Below the pieces are notes generated by a model, which did no database searches, was not told where the DNA came from, and worked only from the letters and a program-made list of their open reading frames with translations. The translations under genes and the position numbers were made by a program. Source: Nevskiales bacterium (lineage in GTDB: Bacteria > Pseudomonadota > Gammaproteobacteria > Nevskiales > CAJXLF01). Taken from it: a DNA stretch of 64,000 bases. The DNA is taken from positions 4,084 to 68,083 of the forward strand of contig JBFJXR010000002.1 in NCBI GenBank assembly GCA_041622995.1, in the 5' to 3' direction. The first letter of the stretch is position 1. Each line of letters starts with the position of its first letter. This document shows, one piece after another, positions 35,419 to 44,904 of the stretch.

Positions 35419-36984
35419 ATGGAAAATCAGGATCCCGCGCTTCAGCTGTTACTGAATGAATACGCTGAGGCAATAGAACGTGCAAGGGTGTACGACGTGG
35501 CTGTGCGTACGCCATTAGAGTCAGCGCCGGTACTTTCCAGGCGTATCAATAATCAGCTTTATATCAAGCGCGAGGACCTGCAGTCCGTCTATTCATTCAA
35601 ATTACGAGGTGCCTATAACAAGATATCCGGCTTGTCCAAGGCAGAGCTTTCCAAGGGAGTTATTTGCGCTTCCGCGGGGAATCATGCCCAGGGTGTGGCT
35701 TTGTCGGGTAGTCGATTGGGAATTCCTGCAACCATTGTGATGCCGGTCACTACACCGGCCATCAAGGTTGAAGCTGTGCGCGTTTTGGGTGGCACCATTA
35801 TCTTGCATGGTGATAGTTATGACGAAGCCAGTGTTTATGCACATGAACTCGCGGAGACGCAGTCACTAACGTATGTGCCGCCTTATGACGACTTTGAAGT
35901 CATCGCCGGACAAGGCACGGTTGGCGTGGAAATACTTGAGCAATGTCGAGAACTGAACCTTGAGTCCGTAGATGCAATTTTTATCCCGGTGGGCGGAGGT
36001 GGTCTATTGGCGGGTGTCGCGAGCTGGGTCAAAAAGTATCGTCCTGAAATTAAAGTCATTGCTGTTGAGTCTGAAGATTCTGCATGTCTATACCGCGCGA
36101 TGGAGGCGGGGGAGCGTGTAGTGCTGGATCAGGTGGGTTTGTTCGCAGATGGGGTGGCGGTGCGTCAGATCGGTGAGGAGCCATTTGAATTGGCAAGACA
36201 TCTGGTGGACGCTGTAGTGCTCGTGACTGTGGATGAGATCTGCGCAGCTATCAGTGACATCTTCAGAGATAACCGTTCACTGGCCGAACCGGCGGGAGCG
36301 CTTTCAATCGCTGGCGCTAAACGTTATGCCGAATTGACAGGTATGGCCGGACAGTACTTCGTCGCTATTGAAAGTGGCGCAAATGTGAATTTCGATCGTT
36401 TGCGTCATATTGCAGAGCGGGCTGAACTGGGTGAGCAACGCGAGGCGTTGTTGGCGGTCACCATTCCGGAGCGTCCGGGTAGTTTCAGGCATTTCTGTGA
36501 ATTACTGGGACGTCGCGGGATTACCGAGTTCAATTATCGTTATGCAGATGCGCAGCAGGCTCATATCTTTGCTGGTGTGCAGTTGAGTGAAGGAAACGCG
36601 GAAAAGCAGATGCTGATTGATAGTCTGCAGGCGCATGACTTTAACGTCGTGGATATGAGTGATAATGAAACGGCCAAAGTGCACGTACGCTATATGGTCG
36701 GTGGCCGTTCAATGCATGTCAGCGATGAGGTTCTGTTTCGCTTTGAGTTTCCCGAGCGTCCCGGCGCCCTGCTGGATTTTCTGAACAGTATCGGTAATCG
36801 CTGGAATATTTCACTTTTCCATTATCGTAATCATGGTTCTGCATACGGACGGGTGCTGGTGGGCATGCAGGTGCCTGCGCCTGAGCGGGCAGATTGCAAG
36901 GCTTTATTTGATGCCTTGCATTACGAATATGCAGAAGAGACTGATAACCCTGCATACCGGTACTTCCTGGATGCAGCCGGCTGA
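35419..36984 (+). CDS. ilvA: Biosynthetic threonine dehydratase (threonine ammonia-lyase)
   Basis: PLP-lysine block SFKLRGAYNK, SAGNHAQGVA, GGGGLLAG, and two C-terminal ACT-like regulatory domains (LLAVTIPERPGSF..., FEFPERPGALLDFL...). It is collinear with E. coli IlvA from ATG 35419. ATG 35380 is an alternative start. Confidence 0.93.
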   Translation: MENQDPALQLLLNEYAEAIERARVYDVAVRTPLESAPVLSRRINNQLYIKREDLQSVYSFKLRGAYNKISGLSKAELSKGVICASAGNHAQGVALSGSRLGIPATIVMPVTTPAIKVEAVRVLGGTIILHGDSYDEASVYAHELAETQSLTYVPPYDDFEVIAGQGTVGVEILEQCRELNLESVDAIFIPVGGGGLLAGVASWVKKYRPEIKVIAVESEDSACLYRAMEAGERVVLDQVGLFADGVAVRQIGEEPFELARHLVDAVVLVTVDEICAAISDIFRDNRSLAEPAGALSIAGAKRYAELTGMAGQYFVAIESGANVNFDRLRHIAERAELGEQREALLAVTIPERPGSFRHFCELLGRRGITEFNYRYADAQQAHIFAGVQLSEGNAEKQMLIDSLQAHDFNVVDMSDNETAKVHVRYMVGGRSMHVSDEVLFRFEFPERPGALLDFLNSIGNRWNISLFHYRNHGSAYGRVLVGMQVPAPERADCKALFDALHYEYAEETDNPAYRYFLDAAG

Positions 36985-36991
36985 AAATAAT

Positions 36992-39112
36992 CTAGAAATT
37001 ATAGATTACGCTAAACCCAAGGTTATCCCGATCGCGACGTAGGTTGGTCCTGTCTCCATCGTGGTACTGGTAGATAATATTTCCGGAAAAATCACTTCCG
37101 AGTTCAAATAACAGGGCTGGCACTATCATCCGGGTATTTTCTACATAATTCTGCATGGGAGAGGGTGATATACCCTCTATATCCTCAAACCATATTAGTG
37201 TCGGGAAGAGGTTTACGTCGCGGCCAAAAAGATTGAAGACATTGCTGTACTGAAGTCTGAGCAGGCTGCGCATACCCCATGAGAAATCATCTGCCAGACC
37301 TTCTGTTTGCTGGGTTGGATTGATCGACAAGGTATTAATAGGTTGGCCACTGGGTTGTCCAGTTCCGTCAGCACCCGGTGTGGGGTGGGTAAAATCACCT
37401 GCACCCTGAAAAGGCAGTTCGTTAATCTCAGGCATATCACGAACATGTGTCAGTCCGGCTTCTACTAGCCAGAGAATCTGGTCTGCCTTAATCGGGTTGC
37501 TTGATGAAAAGATTCGAATCCCGTTAAGGACCAGTTGCCCTACACCGAAACGTTCGAATCCGGGTATGTAGTCACCTGGTTGCGGGTCAATATTTCTGTA
37601 TTCTGTCAGGAATGCGGGAAACACTGATCGCGCCCCAGGAATGGTGAATTGTGTGCCGCCTGGAATTACACCCACGCCTACCGGAATGTCCTCTGCCGGT
37701 ACTGCCTGTTGTGCTGCAGTGAAAATCAGGTCGCTCTGCAGAACCTGTAACGGCAGGTTTTCACGATAGGTGTATTCGCCAGCAACCGACCATTTACCAA
37801 CTGTGGTGTTAAAACTGATGCCATAGAGACGGATATCTTCAGGGTAATCAAAGAATATTCTGGTGGTATCAACAGGGGTAGGTTCACGACCCATCGGGTT
37901 CATCGGGCTATTAAATCCCTGACAGGCAAGCAGTGCCGAGGCGAAGTCACCGGGTATAGCAGCATCACGGGTGCAGGATGCATCCGATTCAAAAGCACTG
38001 CCGTAGGGTAGGCGGCTATGATAATTGGCAAAGTGAAAACCAAATTCCGTGCCGTCAAGTACATTTTCAGCAAACCAGCTGAGTTTTAATCCGTACTGCC
38101 CTCCATCATCTGGTGCACCGAAATATTCATGCTCGGGGTATACGGTTCGCGTTGCCTGGCTAATCAGCCTCGCATTGCCTTCCGATACATAAAGTTTGTC
38201 TGGGTCTTCAGCGAACTGTCCCAAGCCCAGAATTGCGTACTCACCTCCCGCGACAACATCATTCGTTGACATGAAGCTGCCGGAAGGGTCGGGCCTTGCC
38301 TCTGTCCATTCGTATTGATAGAACGCTTCCAATGACATGGATTCTGCAATGTCAGTGGATACGACCACCAAACCGGTCGGCACATTAATTTCACCCACCT
38401 GAAATCCCGGCTGACGGGCCAGTGAGGCATCGAGAGGGTTGATGAAATCAAGTGTGTTGAAAAGGTGCAGATTCGCTTCTCCCCAACGTAAGCGCTGCTT
38501 GCCGACCGTAAATGTGAAGTCCTGATCCCATAAGGTCACCAGCCCATTTATGAAGGCTTCGCGGATTTCTATATCTTTTGCGAAGCGGTCTTCCACATCC
38601 TTGCTTCGCTTGGTTGATACGGGTTGCATCCTTGTGTTGTTGTGAATCTGGTCAAAATCAGTATTTGTTCTGTCGTAGTAGGCGATTCCGGAGATTTTTA
38701 CAATGTAATTGTCCCAGGTCGCAGTAAAGTCGGTTGAAATTTTCGACACTGCTGATACGAGGTCATGCTTGTCATAATTCATGTTGCCATTATCTGTATT
38801 GTGAAGGGCAAAACCGCCTTCAGCATTGACCAGGCGACGTATGGGGCCCGGGTCACCATCCAGACCGAGGCAATCTTCAGGGGCGCATAGGTCCTGTTGC
38901 CCTGGCACGTTGAGTTTGCCGAGCAGGCTGTTATCCCGATCCTCCATGCGCCATGCAGCACCGATTGATATACGATTATCGAGAGAAAATGTAATGTCTT
39001 TCCACTCGTACTCCAGAGCCTGTGCTGGCAATGAAATAAGAATGCTGAAAAAACACAACAATAGTACCCTGAATTCCAATACAAAATATTGCACGACGCC
39101 TCCTCCTGGCAT
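36992..39112 (-). CDS. Large outer-membrane beta-barrel protein, DUF1302-like
   Basis: Signal peptide ...ISLPAQA, a 706-aa Gly/Tyr/Asn-rich beta-strand pattern, and a C-terminal ...GFSVIYNF ending in an aromatic residue (OMP signature). It clusters with an RND gene and a Ycf48-like gene. Confidence 0.6.
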   Translation of the reverse strand: MPGGGVVQYFVLEFRVLLLCFFSILISLPAQALEYEWKDITFSLDNRISIGAAWRMEDRDNSLLGKLNVPGQQDLCAPEDCLGLDGDPGPIRRLVNAEGGFALHNTDNGNMNYDKHDLVSAVSKISTDFTATWDNYIVKISGIAYYDRTNTDFDQIHNNTRMQPVSTKRSKDVEDRFAKDIEIREAFINGLVTLWDQDFTFTVGKQRLRWGEANLHLFNTLDFINPLDASLARQPGFQVGEINVPTGLVVVSTDIAESMSLEAFYQYEWTEARPDPSGSFMSTNDVVAGGEYAILGLGQFAEDPDKLYVSEGNARLISQATRTVYPEHEYFGAPDDGGQYGLKLSWFAENVLDGTEFGFHFANYHSRLPYGSAFESDASCTRDAAIPGDFASALLACQGFNSPMNPMGREPTPVDTTRIFFDYPEDIRLYGISFNTTVGKWSVAGEYTYRENLPLQVLQSDLIFTAAQQAVPAEDIPVGVGVIPGGTQFTIPGARSVFPAFLTEYRNIDPQPGDYIPGFERFGVGQLVLNGIRIFSSSNPIKADQILWLVEAGLTHVRDMPEINELPFQGAGDFTHPTPGADGTGQPSGQPINTLSINPTQQTEGLADDFSWGMRSLLRLQYSNVFNLFGRDVNLFPTLIWFEDIEGISPSPMQNYVENTRMIVPALLFELGSDFSGNIIYQYHDGDRTNLRRDRDNLGFSVIYNF

Positions 39113-39264
39113 GTCCTCTATTTCTGGCAGTCTTTGCTGTCAGTATCATTTTAGGAGCCTTTACATAAGGCTCTCTTATAGCTCAATATTTTTTTATAGT
39201 ATGCGGGGGTAATGCCAAAAGCACTACCCCGTAAATTTTTAAGTTTTACCTGGCTTTATTACTT

Positions 39265-41631
39265 TCAGGGAGTGCCGGCCTTTTTTAATTCCTCATGTGA
39301 AAGGAAGTGGGCCAGTGCAGGTAGTACGAAAATGGCGCCAAACATGTTCGCTGTGAACATGAATACCAGCATGATACCCATGTCTGCCTGGAACTGCAGT
39401 TCAGACCAGAGCCATGTGCAAACACTCAGCCCCAACGCAATGCCGGTGAAAATTACCGCCTTACCGGTTCGGTGCAGGGTCTCATAAAAGGCAACTTCCA
39501 GAGTTTTTCCTTTTCTGAGTCCCTCAGCCAGATCGCTGTAAATATAGATGCCATAGTCAACACCTATACCTGCAGCCAAAGCCACAACGGGTAGCGTAGC
39601 TACCTTCATGCCAATACCCAGACTGGCCATCACGGCATACGCCATGAATGACACAAGTGATAACGGTAATACCACGCATAGCACACCTGAAATTGTGCGG
39701 AATGACAGGAAGATGAATGTGATGATTACGGCATATACCCACATTACCACCCGGACTTCCTCGGCTTCTACCACTTCATTTGTTGCAGCCATGACACCTG
39801 CATTACCCGAGGCAAGTCGAAAAGTAACTTCGGTGCCCTGATTAGCTTCCTCGAATTTCTTCACTTCATTGACGATATGCTTCAGAGTATCTGCCTTGTG
39901 ATCTTCAATGAAGATAAACAGGGCAAGGGCGTCACAGTCATCATTCAACATGCCTGTTGTGGTGGGGACCAGTGCAGTGGCCTGTGCCAGTGCAAACCGG
40001 TTGCGCGGTATCAGTTCTGCATTCAGCCGGCCTTCGCTCAGGCCGCTATAAACCAGCTTGGCCAATACCTGCAATGACATTACAGATTGCACACCTGCGG
40101 TATTAGTCATATGCCATGAGAAGCGGTCAATTTCTTCCATGACCGGGTAATCGATACAGGCATCGGGTTTGGTCTCTGCTATGACCTTGAATACATCTAC
40201 ACCCAGGGTGTAGTTATCGACAATTGTGTATGAGTCCATGTTGTAACGGGAATCTGGTCGCAGCTCTGGAACGCCTGGGAGCGTATCGCCCGTTTGTAGT
40301 TCGGGGTATTTGTACGCAGACCAACCAATCAGTACAGAGCAGATCAGTAAGGTAATAATTGCCGGTTTTCTATGTGTGATTTTGGCAATTACCTTCCACA
40401 GTCCATCTCCCATCTCCTCGCGTTTGAGTTGTTTCTTGCGAAACTCTTCTATGTTGCCGATCTTCATATAGGTGAGCCAGATTGGCATCAATACCTTGTT
40501 GGTTATAATGATTGCGGCCACGCCATAAGCGGCGTTCAGAGACATTTCCTGAATACTGTCAATCTCGATCAGATAGATCGTGGCAAAGCCTGCAACGTCA
40601 GTTATCAGTGCAACGGTGCCAGGAATGGCGAGTCGCCGGAATGTGTTAAGTGAAGCATCGAAGCTGGACTTGCCCTGGTCCACCTCGCCGACCCAGGCAT
40701 TCACATACTGCACCCCGTGACTGACACTGACTGATAGCACCAGGAAAGGCACAAGTATGGCGAAGGGGTCTACACCAAAGCCGGATAGGGTGAGTAGTCC
40801 GAATTCCCAGATCACGGCAACTATCGAGCAGCCCATGGGAAGTAGTGAAAGTTTGAAGGTGCCGGTATAACCCCACAGCAGGAGTGTGGTCATCACCAGT
40901 GCCAGACCGAAGAAGCCAACCACTTCGGTGGCGGCATCTGTCATTTCGCCCACGACTTTGGCAAAGCCAATGATATGGACGGTAGTGTTTTCGTCCTCGT
41001 ATTTTTCACGAATCAATTCGAGTTTGGCAGCGACATCCGGGTATTCGAGTTTCTTGTTGGTGACAGGATCAAACTCGAGCAGTTCCGCCATGACCATGGC
41101 GCCGTTTTGATCCTCAGAGACCAGGCGCCCGATAATTTGAGCCTTGCCGACATTGGATTTAATACGCTCAAACATCTCCGGGGTGGGGGCAAAGTCAGCC
41201 GGAATCACATTGGCGCCCGATAGACCACCCTCTATAACTTCCACATAAGTCACATTAGGGGTGAATATCGACATCACCCTGGCACGGTCGACGCCCGGAA
41301 TGAAGAAGACATCATCTGTTGCCTTCTGCATTTTCTCCATGAATTCCTTGTTGTAGATGTCGCCGTTTTTATTCTGTAAGGCGACAATAATCGTATTCGC
41401 ACCACCGAAATCCTTGTAATACTCGGTGAAGGTCTGCATATAAGGGTGCTGCAAAGGCACCATTTTTAACCAACCCGCATCTACTTTGGTTTGGGAAGCT
41501 TCAAATGCAAACCAGCCGGTCAGAGCGATGAGTACTGCCAGCGTGACGAGGCGTTTACCGAAGACAATGGGTTCAACGATTTTAAGTATTAACTGGGTCG
41601 CAGTTGAGTTGTTGTCTGATGCCTTGGCCAT
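39265..41631 (-). CDS. RND-superfamily exporter (COG1033 / MMPL-HpnN-like, 12 TM with two periplasmic loops)
   Basis: 788 aa. It has two 6-TM bundles, each preceded by a large soluble loop, consistent with an internal duplication. Confidence 0.85.
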   Translation of the reverse strand: MAKASDNNSTATQLILKIVEPIVFGKRLVTLAVLIALTGWFAFEASQTKVDAGWLKMVPLQHPYMQTFTEYYKDFGGANTIIVALQNKNGDIYNKEFMEKMQKATDDVFFIPGVDRARVMSIFTPNVTYVEVIEGGLSGANVIPADFAPTPEMFERIKSNVGKAQIIGRLVSEDQNGAMVMAELLEFDPVTNKKLEYPDVAAKLELIREKYEDENTTVHIIGFAKVVGEMTDAATEVVGFFGLALVMTTLLLWGYTGTFKLSLLPMGCSIVAVIWEFGLLTLSGFGVDPFAILVPFLVLSVSVSHGVQYVNAWVGEVDQGKSSFDASLNTFRRLAIPGTVALITDVAGFATIYLIEIDSIQEMSLNAAYGVAAIIITNKVLMPIWLTYMKIGNIEEFRKKQLKREEMGDGLWKVIAKITHRKPAIITLLICSVLIGWSAYKYPELQTGDTLPGVPELRPDSRYNMDSYTIVDNYTLGVDVFKVIAETKPDACIDYPVMEEIDRFSWHMTNTAGVQSVMSLQVLAKLVYSGLSEGRLNAELIPRNRFALAQATALVPTTTGMLNDDCDALALFIFIEDHKADTLKHIVNEVKKFEEANQGTEVTFRLASGNAGVMAATNEVVEAEEVRVVMWVYAVIITFIFLSFRTISGVLCVVLPLSLVSFMAYAVMASLGIGMKVATLPVVALAAGIGVDYGIYIYSDLAEGLRKGKTLEVAFYETLHRTGKAVIFTGIALGLSVCTWLWSELQFQADMGIMLVFMFTANMFGAIFVLPALAHFLSHEELKKAGTP

Positions 41632-41643
41632 GTTGGTATCCCC

Positions 41644-42684
41644 TTACCAGTTGATGGTGTCAACGCCATTGCGTCCCACCACATATAGTTTGTTATTTAC
41701 GAGCACAGCATCCGACAGGGGTGCATCTACGCCGCTATTTACGACACTCAGTTTTCCTGACTCTAATCTGCCTTTTACGACGGTGCCATTGACACCGACC
41801 AATACAAGATTGCCATCATAGGTAATGCCCCCGAAGAGACTTTGAACAACGGGGTTATCGACAATGCGCCACCCCATTGCAGACAGTGCTTCACTATCAG
41901 TTTGGGTGACAATGCCGTATTCGTCCCATTCATCGAGATTTTCAGTTGTGAGTATCGATACGTCTTCGGCAATGTAGGTGTTGCCACGTAATCCGAAGGT
42001 AACGATGCCATTGTCTCCGTAGGGGAGGACGCCGAAAAACGAACCGCTGTAGGGAGAGGATATAAGATCCCAGTTTTCACCATTATCTGTTGATCTGGCT
42101 AACAGACTACGCTCGCCAACGATGAACAGTGTTCCGCTACCGAGTTTAATGATGCCGTTCATATGCAGGCCAAGGTCGAATATTGAGCCCTCAGGTTCAG
42201 TCCAGCTTTCTCCGCCGTCGGTCGTATGAATTGCTCTGCCATTCGATCCGATGACAAATCCGCGATTTTCATCCAGGAACAGTACATCGTAAAAGGGTTT
42301 TCCCCATTCTGCGTCAAAGTGAAGAAGTTTCCAGCTTAGACCGCCATCTCGTGTGCCTAGTACTGTCGCATCGTGCCCGACAATCCAGCCGATTTTATTA
42401 TCCAGCATCCGAATCCTGGTCAACATGGCACGTACCGGAATATTGACCTGATTCCATTCGTTGCCATCAGTAGAAGTCAGGACATGCCCACGATCGCCAG
42501 CGACTATAAATCGTTCGCCTGTGTATTCGATATCAAGCAATGTAGATGAAATTGCTTTCGGCATAAATTCGGACGGGTATGGCTGCAGTGTTCTGTCTTC
42601 AGCAATCGTAGTTGTTGAAATTGCGACAGCAACGACTAGAACTGCCACATTCATTGCGAATGAATTTGAGTATGAACTCCTCAT
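41644..42684 (-). CDS. Ycf48/BNR-like beta-propeller protein (periplasmic)
   Basis: Signal peptide. Repeated Asp-box-like motifs STDGNEW, TRDGGLSW, TTDGGESW and STDNGENW occur at ~45-50-aa spacing. The gene ends 12 nt before the RND gene. Confidence 0.75.
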   Translation of the reverse strand: MRSSYSNSFAMNVAVLVVAVAISTTTIAEDRTLQPYPSEFMPKAISSTLLDIEYTGERFIVAGDRGHVLTSTDGNEWNQVNIPVRAMLTRIRMLDNKIGWIVGHDATVLGTRDGGLSWKLLHFDAEWGKPFYDVLFLDENRGFVIGSNGRAIHTTDGGESWTEPEGSIFDLGLHMNGIIKLGSGTLFIVGERSLLARSTDNGENWDLISSPYSGSFFGVLPYGDNGIVTFGLRGNTYIAEDVSILTTENLDEWDEYGIVTQTDSEALSAMGWRIVDNPVVQSLFGGITYDGNLVLVGVNGTVVKGRLESGKLSVVNSGVDAPLSDAVLVNNKLYVVGRNGVDTINW

Positions 42685-43036
42685 AATGCCCCCCGGCTAT
42701 CGTTTGTTTTATACATATCCATTTTTACATGGCTACAGGATTATCCAGGTATTGGATACGATGAACTTTTTAATCAATTTGACGTGGCAGACTAGCACAG
42801 TCTCCAATGATAATAAAAAATTTACGGTGCAGTTTAACTTAACACTATGATTATGTTTGGTTATTTTCTGTTTATGGTGAATAAAAATATCCAGTAAGCC
42901 GATGGTATTCAGCGTAAAAGTAGGTTAAAGTGTCGCGACTACTTATGTAGTTACCGGTTAATAAGAACGAGTCGATCTAATGTGCGGGATATTTAAAGAC
43001 TAAAGGGCCGGGCTTATACTAGATTGGGGGAAGACG

Positions 43037-44860
43037 ATGAAGTTGCGGCATTTTTTGCTGGCCATATCGGTTGGTATTGCTATTGGGGCCTTATTATTTC
43101 TGGTGCGTGGCACACAGAGCGTAAATCTTGAAAGGTTTGCGAATATTCAACAGCAATTGCGTGACCTGAAACAGCTGGACGGTAAGTTCAACGAAGAAAT
43201 TGTTAAGGCGCGTCTGTTTGTAGACGTTGAGTCTGAAGCATTGCTGAACATGATTGCTGTTGTGCAAGACGCGCCAAAAGTTCTGATTGGGGGCGAAAGC
43301 AATATCCGGGGGGTGACCCCAGATGTGGATGTAGCACTTGATGCCTACCTGCAGGCAATGGAAGAAAAAGTAACAACGGCAGCAGACTATGAATTAGAGA
43401 ACCTGCGTCTTGTGAATAGTCTGGAAATACTTCCCCGTGTTTCAAACGAATTGCTGAAAGGACTGTCTGGCGAGGAGTTTCTTCAGGAAAGGATACTGAT
43501 TCTAAGCCTGCTTAAAGAGGCAATGATTTACGGAGTGTTGCCTGAGCCACCGAATGAGGCTGAATTTGAAGAACTGGTTTATCAATCCAGTAAGGTGGGC
43601 AATAACATTCCTGATAATTATCGTGAAAGCTTCGTCCAGCTATCATCTGTGAGTAACTATCTGCTTTCTGGAAAGAGAAAAGTAGATACAGCCTTGAAGC
43701 AGCTGACGAGCTACCCGACTGATAAAAAACTGGAAGAACTCCAGGCTGTATACGGCGAGTACCATGAAGCGGTATTGGCAAAGTCACAGCGTTATCGCCA
43801 GATTTTGGTGATATATGCGGTCGTGCTTCTGCTTGTGCTGGGCATTGTGGGTCTGAGACTTCGTAAGAGTTATCAGGATCTCGACAAAGCTAATGATGAA
43901 CTCAAGGAAACCAATGAGCATCTGGAAGATATGGTGGCTGTTCGCACCAAGGACTTACAAAGTGCTCTAGGTGACCTGAAGGAATCACAGTCGCAGCTTA
44001 TCCAATCAGAAAAAATGGCGTCGCTGGGCCAGATGATCGCCGGCGTTGCACATGAGATTAATACGCCATTGGGCTATGTGCGAAGTAATAATGAAATTTT
44101 CGGTACCTCATTGCAGGAACTCAGTGAAGTGCTGCGCTGTTATGCGGACTTGTTCCGACTGATGAATGACCCAACCGCCACTGATGAAGAAGTTGCGGCC
44201 AGTATGCAGGAGTTGGCGGAAGTCCAGAATGACGTGAATTCGACAGACTTGCTGGTCGAATTGCATCAGTTACTGGGCGATAACGATCACGGCCTGAAGC
44301 AAATTACGGAATTGGTTGCTAACCTTAAGGACTTTAGCCGTCTTGATCGTTCCAGGGATGCACATTTCCATGTGAATGACGGCATTGAAGCAACACTGAA
44401 AATAAGTCAGAACGTATTGAAGACAGGCGTTGAAGTAATTCGGAATTATGGTGAATTACCTGATATTGAATGCGCACCCTCCCAGCTCAACCAGGTCTTC
44501 CTGAATATGGTGACCAATGCCGCACAGGCAATGGATGGCGTCGGGCAATTGTTTATATCTACAAAGGCTGTAGGCGATAAGGTTGCCATAAGTTTCCGGG
44601 ATACCGGGTGCGGTATGGATGAGGAAACGCGTAAGAAGATATTTGATCCATTTTTTACCACCAAGCCGATTGGCGAGGGTACGGGTCTTGGGCTTTCTAT
44701 TGTGTTCAAGATCATTGAAGAGCACGGGGGACATATAACAGCCAAATCCCAGGTAGGGGTGGGCACAGAATTTACAGTAGTGCTGCCGCAGAAGCAGCCA
44801 AAAGGCGCATCTCAGCAGGCGGAGTCTGGAATGAAAATGGCTGATGCAGTATCAGCCTGA
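43037..44860 (+). CDS. Sensor histidine kinase with a ~230-aa helical extracytoplasmic sensing region between two TM helices
   Basis: TM1 LLAISVGIAIGALLFLV, TM2 ILVIYAVVLLLVLGIVGL, a coiled coil, H-box AGVAHEINTPLG, N-box FLNMVTNAAQAM, and G-boxes DTGCGM and GTGLGLSIV. Confidence 0.9.
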   Translation: MKLRHFLLAISVGIAIGALLFLVRGTQSVNLERFANIQQQLRDLKQLDGKFNEEIVKARLFVDVESEALLNMIAVVQDAPKVLIGGESNIRGVTPDVDVALDAYLQAMEEKVTTAADYELENLRLVNSLEILPRVSNELLKGLSGEEFLQERILILSLLKEAMIYGVLPEPPNEAEFEELVYQSSKVGNNIPDNYRESFVQLSSVSNYLLSGKRKVDTALKQLTSYPTDKKLEELQAVYGEYHEAVLAKSQRYRQILVIYAVVLLLVLGIVGLRLRKSYQDLDKANDELKETNEHLEDMVAVRTKDLQSALGDLKESQSQLIQSEKMASLGQMIAGVAHEINTPLGYVRSNNEIFGTSLQELSEVLRCYADLFRLMNDPTATDEEVAASMQELAEVQNDVNSTDLLVELHQLLGDNDHGLKQITELVANLKDFSRLDRSRDAHFHVNDGIEATLKISQNVLKTGVEVIRNYGELPDIECAPSQLNQVFLNMVTNAAQAMDGVGQLFISTKAVGDKVAISFRDTGCGMDEETRKKIFDPFFTTKPIGEGTGLGLSIVFKIIEEHGGHITAKSQVGVGTEFTVVLPQKQPKGASQQAESGMKMADAVSA

Positions 44861-44904
44861 TGTCATCGCGCACAGATATATAAAAGATTTTATGGGGAAG
44901 TTGA

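Noticed and set aside
39206-39230. Hairpin in the RND / DUF1302-like spacer considered as an internal terminator.
   Set aside because: In the transcribed (minus) orientation the stem is followed by an A-rich tract, not a U-rich one. The T-tract lies on the plus strand, where no gene ends. It is more likely a processing or stability element, or chance. It is mentioned under the operon finding only.
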